DNA of 64,000 bases, from NCBI GenBank assembly GCA_009773355.1, contig WRPG01000021.1:2394-66393 (forward strand). Reading direction: 5' to 3'. The translations under genes and the position numbers were made by a program. The notes below the pieces were generated by a model. It ran no database searches. It saw only the letters and a list, made by a program, of their open reading frames with translations, and had not been told where the DNA came from. Of this stretch, positions 50,938 through 58,425 are shown in pieces. This DNA is from Limisphaerales bacterium. Its GTDB lineage: Bacteria > Verrucomicrobiota > Verrucomicrobiia > Limisphaerales > SXTU01. How positions within the stretch are numbered: the stretch's first letter is position 1; each line of letters starts with the position of its first letter.

Positions 50938-51767
50938 ACACTGGCACCTAGCAACAAGGGAACCAACTGCTCGTGACACTCATAATCAGGAATCACCAAG
51001 TCCGCCCCCGCCGCGATGAGCTGCGCGCGCTTCAACTCATGCACGCGACCCGAGCCGATCTCCGTCTCGTCGCTCGCCACGGCGACGGCGAGGCCGCCGA
51101 GTTCCTTCGTGTGGTGCAACTCCACTGGGCCGTCGCCGAAGGAGAGCAGTTGCGCGCCGGGGATCCCTTCCTCGCGCAGGATGCGGTCGAAAACCATCTG
51201 CTTCGAGAAGCGCGTGGGATCCTCATGCCCGCCGTGGATGCGGTCGTCGAAGAAGCGCGCAAGCTCAAGCAACGCGGCTTCCTGCCGCACATACGGCTCC
51301 AACGTGCCGCTGAGGATGTAGAGCTTGAGGCCGCGCCCATGCAGCCGTTCCAGCAACGCGCGCGCGCCGGGCACCACGAAGCTGTCCGGTCCGGCTCCCT
51401 CGCGGATGCGCTGCGAGCGGGCGCGGATGGCGCGTTCGAGGCGCAGCGTGTATTCGGCGAGGTAGAACTGCGGCTCGCGGAGCTGCCCGCCACGCTCGGT
51501 CACGCGTTCCGCGAAGCGCACCATCTGGTGGATGGTCTGCCGGCCGTTGTAGGCCAGGACTTCATGGTGCAACTCCGCGTGCAGGGCGGCCTCGTCCTCG
51601 GCCGTGCGGCGGGGGAGAATCTCCAGAAACATCCCGAGCATGATGTCCGGCCAGCCGTGGCGGAGCAGGGAGAGCGTGCCGTCGAAGTCGAAGACCACAT
51701 GCGTGATGCCGGGACGAGGGTCGAATCCGGGGCAAATCTCAATCGGCGTGGCGGCGGTGACAGTCAT
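50934..51767 (-). CDS. HAD-superfamily hydrolase (phosphatase-like)
   Basis: VVFDFDGTLSLLRHGW (DxD motif), LYILSGT, SFGDGPVE. ATG at 51767 (GTG at 51773 is an alternative). Confidence 0.75.
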   Translation of the reverse strand: MTVTAATPIEICPGFDPRPGITHVVFDFDGTLSLLRHGWPDIMLGMFLEILPRRTAEDEAALHAELHHEVLAYNGRQTIHQMVRFAERVTERGGQLREPQFYLAEYTLRLERAIRARSQRIREGAGPDSFVVPGARALLERLHGRGLKLYILSGTLEPYVRQEAALLELARFFDDRIHGGHEDPTRFSKQMVFDRILREEGIPGAQLLSFGDGPVELHHTKELGGLAVAVASDETEIGSGRVHELKRAQLIAAGADLVIPDYECHEQLVPLLLGASV

Positions 51768-51840
51768 CGGCACGGCGGCGAGTTAAAGGCAGCAGACCCA
51801 AGTTGGCAACCCGCGTGAGGCTGGCTGTCCCCGCAAACCG

Positions 51841-51920
51841 CCACACAGATTCAGGCCGGAACACAGATTAAGAAATCGTTCCGCAACGATGAATCGGTGT
51901 TCCGCCCTGAATCTGTGTGG
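51841..51920. repeat. 24-bp-arm palindrome at the 5' end of the MotA-like gene
   Basis: ccacacagattcaggccggaacac - 32-nt loop - gtgttccgccctgaatctgtgtgg (1 mismatch). The listed ATG at 51889 sits in the loop. Confidence 0.85.
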
Positions 51921-53778
51921 GCCTCTGAATTTCGTCTCGCAGCGGCCAGTCAGTCGGAGCACGCTGAAATTGTGGCGCGGGAGCGGAACGGAGTTTTCGG
52001 TCGCGCAGCCCGTCCAATGCCCATTCGTGAACGGCGACGAACATCCCTTCGACCCGACCCGCTGGCGCGCGGTGCGCGCGGCGCGACCGCAGCCGGACGA
52101 GGAGCCGGCGCTGGCAGGGTTGCCGCCGGACTTCCAACGAGTGGCCTTCTTCGCGGTGCTTTCCGGCGTTCTCCTCCTGCTCGGAACTTTGGTGCCGGCG
52201 AACTGGAAGTCGGTTCACCCCGCATTGCTCGAACGCGCGGGTCAGGGGACGCCGACTGCCGCCAGTCTTGGCCTCGCCGCTGTGAATGCACAACGACCGG
52301 GTGTCGCGAACCTCGCGCTCTCGGCGGCGATGACGGTGAAGGATGAGCAGGTCGCGAAGCTGACGGCGGAACTCGCGGCGCTCGAAGCCCAACGCGGCTG
52401 GACGACCTGGGGCGGGCGCGACCCGTTCGTCGAGTCAGTCTTCAAGGACAAGTCGGTCGCCCGGCCCGCAAGCGAAGTCATCCTGCCGTTCTTGCTCACC
52501 GAGACGAACCGTGCGGTATTGCGCGGGTATCTTGCTACATCGCGTTCCCCCGGCGTGCAGGCGATTCTCCAGACTCGTGAGCTGTCCAGCACCACGCAGT
52601 TCGTGCCAGTGAGCCGACCCGGCGGCCAGCCGTTCGAGGCGACGATTCTGCTGACGGCGCTGCTCTATCAGGGGGAACGCTTCTCCGCATTGCTGGCACA
52701 GGACATCCGCGCAGTGGCCGAGAAGGCGAATGAGACGCGGCTCGCGGGCGAGTGGGAAAGCGTCTGCATGGACGTGCTCACGCTGGCCCGGCGGATGGAC
52801 TGGATGCAGCTCTCTGAACTGCTGCGGCAGGTGCCGAGCGCGAAGTCGCTGAATGACTTCGCCCAACTCGCCAAGACCGCCCCGGACAATTTCGCGGTGC
52901 TCTACACTTCATCGTTGCTCACGAAAGCGCCCGACAAAGTCGCCGGCTACCTGCTGCGCTTCGGGAAGACCGGAGCGGACGATTTGACGAAGGCGCTCGC
53001 ACACGGCGAGGGCGCGGTGCGGTTGCTGGTGGAGCGGTCGCTGCCGCTCGGCCCGGCGCGGACGGTGCCGGGCTTCCTCGCGGGCTGGACGCTGGCGGCT
53101 CCGCGCGGGATGCTCACGGCGAAGGTGATTTGCTTTTTGCTGGCGGGATTTGGATTCTTTTTGGTGTGGCGCGAATTGTCACCCGTCCAAACCGGCAGCC
53201 GCTCGACGGCGGGCGCGCGGATGATTCACGGCCAGCGCGCCGTCGTGGCGCTGGCGCTGGGCTTGATGCTGCTGGCGGCGGGTGAACCGTTCCTGCTCAA
53301 GCCGCTTGGCTCGCCGGAATTCCGCCTGCGCTTGAAATTGCCGGTGCTGACCAATTCGCCTGTTCCGACTGACAAAACCGAGACTGCAACTAAAATAAAA
53401 CCGCGTATGGACCTCTCCACCATCCTGAGCGTCGTGCTCTTCGCCGCGCTGCAAGTGGCCGTGTATGCCATCTGCATCATGAAGATCCGCGAGATCGAAA
53501 TGTCCACCGCCTCGCCGCAGCTCAAGATGCGGCTGATGGAGAACGAGGAGAACCTCTTCGACTCCGGCCTCTACGTCGGCATCGCCGGCACCGCCACCGC
53601 GCTCGTGCTGCAAGTGCTGCAAGTCATCGAGGCCAATCTGCTCGCGGCCTACGCCTCGAACCTGTTTGGCATCGTGACGGTGGCGTTCGTGAAGATTCAC
53701 CACGTCCGTGCCGCCAAGCGCCGGCTCATCTTGGAAAGCCAGGCGGAGGCGAACGAGCGGGAGATGGTGGCGGCCTGA
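51889..53778 (+). CDS. Polytopic membrane protein with a MotA/TolQ/ExbB-like C-terminal TM bundle (tentative); start uncertain
   Basis: TM helices at VAFFAVLSGVLLLLGTLV, VICFLLAGFGFFLVW, AVVALALGLMLLAAG. C-terminal trio LSTILSVVLFAALQVAVYAICIM / GLYVGIAGTATALVLQVLQVI / LLAAYASNLFGIVTVAFVKI has spacing and G-x-x-G-T pattern recalling the ExbB/TolQ channel core. ATG 51889 lies inside a palindrome; GTG/TTG starts downstream are possible. Confidence 0.55.
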   Translation: MNRCSALNLCGPLNFVSQRPVSRSTLKLWRGSGTEFSVAQPVQCPFVNGDEHPFDPTRWRAVRAARPQPDEEPALAGLPPDFQRVAFFAVLSGVLLLLGTLVPANWKSVHPALLERAGQGTPTAASLGLAAVNAQRPGVANLALSAAMTVKDEQVAKLTAELAALEAQRGWTTWGGRDPFVESVFKDKSVARPASEVILPFLLTETNRAVLRGYLATSRSPGVQAILQTRELSSTTQFVPVSRPGGQPFEATILLTALLYQGERFSALLAQDIRAVAEKANETRLAGEWESVCMDVLTLARRMDWMQLSELLRQVPSAKSLNDFAQLAKTAPDNFAVLYTSSLLTKAPDKVAGYLLRFGKTGADDLTKALAHGEGAVRLLVERSLPLGPARTVPGFLAGWTLAAPRGMLTAKVICFLLAGFGFFLVWRELSPVQTGSRSTAGARMIHGQRAVVALALGLMLLAAGEPFLLKPLGSPEFRLRLKLPVLTNSPVPTDKTETATKIKPRMDLSTILSVVLFAALQVAVYAICIMKIREIEMSTASPQLKMRLMENEENLFDSGLYVGIAGTATALVLQVLQVIEANLLAAYASNLFGIVTVAFVKIHHVRAAKRRLILESQAEANEREMVAA

Positions 53779-53794
53779 GCCAAATTTCGGAGCC

Positions 53795-55396
53795 ATGAAC
53801 AAGACGCTGCTCCTCATCATCTGCGACTTCCTGTTGCTCAACCTGCTGGCGCTCACGCGCTGGGACAAGGTCGAGCCGGCGGCGACCCGCAAGCCGCCGG
53901 TGCCCGAGGTCAGCGCCAACGCCGCGCGCCAGAACCAGGACCTCGTGGACATGATGAAGCTCGCGTTGGAGCAGGAGCAGGCCACGCGCAACCAGCTTCA
54001 GCAGCGGCTCCAGTTCGCCGAGTCCGACTCGCAGAGCCGGGCGCAGACGCTCGTGCAATTGCAGGCACAGAAGAGCCAGTTGGAGACGAACCTCAAGCAG
54101 TCGCAGACGGCGGCGCAGGACTTGTCCCAGCGCTACGCGGCCGTCGCGAAGCAGGCGGCGGACGCCAAGCAGCAGCAGGACGCGCTCACCGCCGCCATCA
54201 AGAATGTCGAGGCGGAGAAGGCGCAAATGCAGCAGACCGTCGCGGCCAAGCAGGCGGAAATCCAGAAGCAGCAGGTGGCCATCGCGGACTTGGGCAAGCA
54301 ACAGGCCGCCACCGCCCAGCAGGCTTCGAACCTGGCGACCACGGTGCGGGTCGTGCAGGCCGAGAAGGATTTGGTTCGGGAGCAGTTGGAGAAGCAGATG
54401 CAGGCCGCGCTGGCCGCGAAACAGGTGGAGCTGGAGAAGCAGCAGAAGGCGCTCGTCGAGCTGGAGAAGCAGCGGCAGGCCGTGGCCGCGCAGGCCGCGC
54501 AGTTCGCCACCGCCGCGAAGGTCGCCGAGAGCGAGCGCAACCTGCTGCGCGAGAACCTGACCGACTTGAAGAAGGAAGTGGCCGTGGTGCGGCAGGAGAA
54601 AGAGATGCTCCAGTCGCAGACCGCGCGCCTGAGCGAGGGCGTCGGGCAGCTCGCCGCCAAGTCCGGCGAGCTGGCCAAGGAAATCCGCGAGAACACGCCC
54701 ATCAACATGAACCTCATGTTCAGCGAGTTTCTCAGCAACCGCGTGGACGTGGCCGTCTCCGCGCAGCAAAACGTCCTCCTCGGCTCCGGCAACCGGCTCA
54801 AGGAGGTCAAGAGCGTCCTGGTCCACGACGGGCGCACGGTCATGGCCATCGTGCATGTCACCGACACGCCGTTCTCGCTCACCACGCCGCTGGGCATGGA
54901 CCGCGTCATCGCGCGCGTGGCCAAGCCGCCGCAGGTGCTGGGCAGCGGCGCGCTGACCTTCATCACCGCCGACCCGCGCCTCGCCGTCATTCCCGTCAAC
55001 GCGCAGCAGGCGTTGGGGATGGGCGTGAAAATGTATCCGGTGGCGAAGAACCCGTTCAAGTTCACCGAGGCCGTGCTCGTGAACCGCGGCGGCAGGCACT
55101 ACGGCGAGGTCGAGTTCAAGCTCAACGCGGCCACGCCCGGCTACGTGAAGATGCGCAACCGCATCCTCAGCCGCGTGCTGCAAGGCGAGTTCTCCCCCTC
55201 GACCGGCGACATCGTCCTGAGCAAGACCGGCGAGTTCCTCGGCGTGATGGTGAACCCCGATTACTGCGCCGTGCTGCAAACCTTCGAGACGTTGCCCGGC
55301 TACACCTTCGATGAGAAGACCACGACCGACATGGTGCGCAACCGGTTGGTGGAGCTGCAAACACGGGTGGGCCGGCTGCCGTTTTCGCTGCAATGA
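53795..55396 (+). CDS. Single-pass membrane protein with an Asp in the TM helix, ~270-aa coiled coil and beta-rich C-terminal domain
   Basis: MNKTLLLIICDFLLLNLLAL (Asp codon at 53825-53827). Gln/Ala/Lys/Glu-rich heptad region (QRLQFAESDSQSRAQTLVQLQAQKSQLETNLKQ...). C-terminal ~220 aa beta-rich (GDIVLSKTGEFLGVMVNPDYCAVL). Starts 16 nt after the upstream gene. Confidence 0.65.
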   Translation: MNKTLLLIICDFLLLNLLALTRWDKVEPAATRKPPVPEVSANAARQNQDLVDMMKLALEQEQATRNQLQQRLQFAESDSQSRAQTLVQLQAQKSQLETNLKQSQTAAQDLSQRYAAVAKQAADAKQQQDALTAAIKNVEAEKAQMQQTVAAKQAEIQKQQVAIADLGKQQAATAQQASNLATTVRVVQAEKDLVREQLEKQMQAALAAKQVELEKQQKALVELEKQRQAVAAQAAQFATAAKVAESERNLLRENLTDLKKEVAVVRQEKEMLQSQTARLSEGVGQLAAKSGELAKEIRENTPINMNLMFSEFLSNRVDVAVSAQQNVLLGSGNRLKEVKSVLVHDGRTVMAIVHVTDTPFSLTTPLGMDRVIARVAKPPQVLGSGALTFITADPRLAVIPVNAQQALGMGVKMYPVAKNPFKFTEAVLVNRGGRHYGEVEFKLNAATPGYVKMRNRILSRVLQGEFSPSTGDIVLSKTGEFLGVMVNPDYCAVLQTFETLPGYTFDEKTTTDMVRNRLVELQTRVGRLPFSLQ

Positions 55397-55507
55397 CCAG
55401 GCGGCCGGCATCGGGCCGGACCCGCTTGCAAGGCGGTCAATTTATCCCGCGCGTTGGGCAAGCCTTGGGGAGCGGTTCATCGCCGGGCGGGTTAGCCATC
55501 CGTTGGT

Positions 55508-57115
55508 ATGAGCGCAAATGCCAGCTCCGCCGTCGTTTCGCAGGAGCAGTTGCTCCCGTTCCTGCTGGACCCGGACTCGTATCCGCACCGTCCGCGCGCG
55601 GTGCAACTGGTCCAGACCCATGCCTCGCTCGTCTTCATCGCGCCGCCCTACGTGTTCAAGGTCAAGCAGCCGGTCAACTTCGGCTTCCTCGACTTCTCCA
55701 CGCTGGCGCAGCGCCGCCACTTCTGCGAGCGCGAGGTCGCGCTGAACCGCCGGCTGTGTCCGCGCGTGTATCTCGGCGTGGTGCCCATCACGCGGCGGGA
55801 TGGCCGCTTCGCTTTCGGCGGTGACGGCGAGGTGGTGGAATACGCCGTGTGGATGCGCCGGCTGGCGGAGCGCGGCTTTCTCCTGCACCGGCTGCGGCGC
55901 GGGCGGTTGGGGCGCGCGGTGCTGGACCGGCTGGTGACGGTGCTCAAGGCGTTTTACGAGGCGCAGCATCCCACGGCGGAGATCGAGGAGTGGGGGCGCG
56001 TCGTGCGGTTGAAGATCAGCACCGACGAGAACTTCCGGCAGACGCGCAGCTATGTTGGAAAAACCATTTCTCCAGCGGCCTTCAACGCCATCCGCGCGTT
56101 CACGAACGGCTTCTTTCAGACGCGACGGGAGCTGTTCGCGCGGCGCATCCGGGAGCGGTGGATTCGCGACTGCCACGGCGACCTGCACCTCGACCACATC
56201 CACGCCGGCCCGAAGGCGCTTCATGTCTATGACTGCATCGAGTTCAACGACCGGTTCCGTTACGTGGACGTGGCGAGCGACGTGGCGTTCCTGGCGATGG
56301 ACCTCGACTTCCATCACCGGCCCGACCTCGCCGCGCATTTCGCCGAGCGCATCGCCCGCGCGCTCAAGGACCGCGACCAGCCGCGTCTGCTGGACTTCTA
56401 CAAGTGCTACCGCGCCTGTGTGCGCGGCAAGGTGGAAAGCTTCCGCACCAGCGCCGAGGCGGCACCCGGGGCCGGGCGCCGCGAGGCGGCGGAACGCGCC
56501 CGGCGTTACTTCCAGCTCGCGCTGCGCTACGCGGTGGCCGGCTCGCGTCCGCTGGTGTTGCTGGTGATGGGGCGCATCGCCTCGGGCAAGAGCACCTTGG
56601 CGGCGGCGCTGGGTGGGGAGTTGGGCTGGCCGGTGGTGTCGTCCGACCAAGTGCGCAAGGAACTGGCGGGTCTCCCGCTGCACGAGCGGGGTGATGCGGC
56701 GGAGCGGGCGCGGCTCTACTCGCCGGCCATGACACGACGGACTTACGCCACGCTGCTGGCGGCGGCGGCCCGGCACGCGGCGGCGGGCGAGAGCTGCGTG
56801 CTCGATGCCACGTTCGGAAGCGTGGAACTGCGGCGGCAGGCCATCCGTCGGCTGCGGCGGCGCGGCGTCCGGTTTGTGTTTGTGGAATCCTTGGCGACCG
56901 CCGCCTCGCAGCGTCGCCGGCTGGCGGCCCGCGACCGCGCGCCGGGCGGGGTTTCCGATGCGCGACTCGAGGATCGCCGCCGGCTGAATGCCGCCTACAC
57001 GGCTCCGCGCGAACTGCCCGCGGCAGAGCGGATGATGGTGTGCAACGACGGAGCCGTCGGCGGCGCGGTGAGCGACTGCCTCGCCAAGCTGGTGCGCCAG
57101 CGGATGCTGCTTTGA
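55508..57115 (+). CDS. Fusion of an aminoglycoside-phosphotransferase-like kinase domain and a P-loop kinase/AAA domain
   Basis: APH-like catalytic loop IRDCHGDLHLDHI, followed by DCIEFNDRFRYVDVASDVAFL. C-terminal Walker A LVMGRIASGKSTLA. Confidence 0.75.
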   Translation: MSANASSAVVSQEQLLPFLLDPDSYPHRPRAVQLVQTHASLVFIAPPYVFKVKQPVNFGFLDFSTLAQRRHFCEREVALNRRLCPRVYLGVVPITRRDGRFAFGGDGEVVEYAVWMRRLAERGFLLHRLRRGRLGRAVLDRLVTVLKAFYEAQHPTAEIEEWGRVVRLKISTDENFRQTRSYVGKTISPAAFNAIRAFTNGFFQTRRELFARRIRERWIRDCHGDLHLDHIHAGPKALHVYDCIEFNDRFRYVDVASDVAFLAMDLDFHHRPDLAAHFAERIARALKDRDQPRLLDFYKCYRACVRGKVESFRTSAEAAPGAGRREAAERARRYFQLALRYAVAGSRPLVLLVMGRIASGKSTLAAALGGELGWPVVSSDQVRKELAGLPLHERGDAAERARLYSPAMTRRTYATLLAAAARHAAAGESCVLDATFGSVELRRQAIRRLRRRGVRFVFVESLATAASQRRRLAARDRAPGGVSDARLEDRRRLNAAYTAPRELPAAERMMVCNDGAVGGAVSDCLAKLVRQRMLL

Positions 57116-57196
57116 ACCCAAACGCTGGAGTTGAACGGGGTGGCACGGGCCACGAGGGGAGGCAGAAGGCGGAGCGGGGACGCCCGCCCCACCGGT

Positions 57197-58168
57197 TCAA
57201 AGGCGAAACAGCTTCTTCGAGTTCTCGAAGAGAATCTTCCGCTCGACGGTCTTGTTCGCCGCGTATTTGCGGATGGCGGCGATGGTGCCGGCTCCCTGGC
57301 AGCCGGGGCCGCGGCCAATCGTGTCGGCGCAGTCGCTGCCATAGAGGATCTTGTCCTGATGCTTCTCCAGAAACCAGCGGGTGTGCTCCTCGTCGCGGAG
57401 CAGGGAGTTGAGGCCGGAGCCGGCGCTCATGTCGGCGAAGCAGTTCGGATAGTCGGCGAGGTATTGGCTGGTGAGGCCGCCCTTGGCGACGGGGCCGGTG
57501 GGGTAGAGATTTTTCCACTCGTAGTTTGCGTCAATGTTCGCCCACGTCGTCTGCGCGTGCATGATGAAGATGGTCTTGGGGAACTTCTTCAGCATGGCGG
57601 GCAGGCGCTTGAAGCCGGAGTTGTAGGTGCCTTCCTGAAAGTGCAGGAGCATCGGCACGCCGTAATCGGCGGCAAGGCGGTAGAGGACTTGCGATTCCTC
57701 GGAGTCGCACTGCACGCCGAACTTCTGCTCGGCGATGATCTTCGCGCCGAGCTTGAGATACTTTTCGATCTCCCCCTTCGCCTCCGGGAGGTCGGTCACT
57801 TCGTTTGCGCCGAAGAGGAATTCGCCGGGGTGGTTCCTGGCGTATTCCACCACGGCCTCGTTGCCGGTGCAGTTGGCGGCGAGGCCGTTCGAGCGGCCGC
57901 CGTGCGTGGCGGGGCGGACGGTGGGGCGGCCGGCGGGCAGCAGGATCGTGGTGGTCACGCCCATCGCGCGCTGGTGCGCGAGCATCTGCTGGTCGCTGCG
58001 CCCGTGGTAGTGCGTGTGCTGGTGGATGTCTATGATCGGGTCCGGCGGCGGGTTCGGCCTGGAGGTCTCTGCCGCTCCAAGGCCGGCGCACGTTCCGCAT
58101 AGCGCGGCACCGGCGGCGAGGAAGTGGCGACGGGTGAGTGGGGCAGGAGTAAGTTTGCGCGGAGCCAT
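57197..58168 (-). CDS. Tat-secreted metal-dependent amidohydrolase (TIM-barrel, PF04909-like)
   Basis: Twin-arginine signal LTRRHFLAAGAALCG. HxH motif IIDIHQHTH. Later MLLHFQEG and YGSDCAD blocks. Confidence 0.75.
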   Translation of the reverse strand: MAPRKLTPAPLTRRHFLAAGAALCGTCAGLGAAETSRPNPPPDPIIDIHQHTHYHGRSDQQMLAHQRAMGVTTTILLPAGRPTVRPATHGGRSNGLAANCTGNEAVVEYARNHPGEFLFGANEVTDLPEAKGEIEKYLKLGAKIIAEQKFGVQCDSEESQVLYRLAADYGVPMLLHFQEGTYNSGFKRLPAMLKKFPKTIFIMHAQTTWANIDANYEWKNLYPTGPVAKGGLTSQYLADYPNCFADMSAGSGLNSLLRDEEHTRWFLEKHQDKILYGSDCADTIGRGPGCQGAGTIAAIRKYAANKTVERKILFENSKKLFRL

Positions 58169-58425
58169 GTGATGAACGGAGTTGAGACTGGCTTGCGGCG
58201 GAGGGCAATTCATTTTCACCGACGCGCAACGCCCGCTCACCGCCTTATGAATCTTGCTCCGCACTGTATCCATACGATCCGAGCGTCCGTCTCTGTTGGC
58301 CGATGCGTTCGTATGCCTTGCTGCTCAACGACCGGCCCAACAGGTCGGACTCCCCCAGCCGGCCGGCAAGACCTGGCCGGCTTCTGAATAGCCTTCCCGA
58401 GACCTCCGTCAGCCACCCATCCGTT

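Noticed and set aside
57130-57200. Possible bidirectional terminator hairpin (ttgaacggggtgg ... ccccaccggttcaa) between convergent genes.
   Set aside because: The pairing is short and imperfect with a ~43-nt loop and no T-tract. This is too weak to report as a feature.
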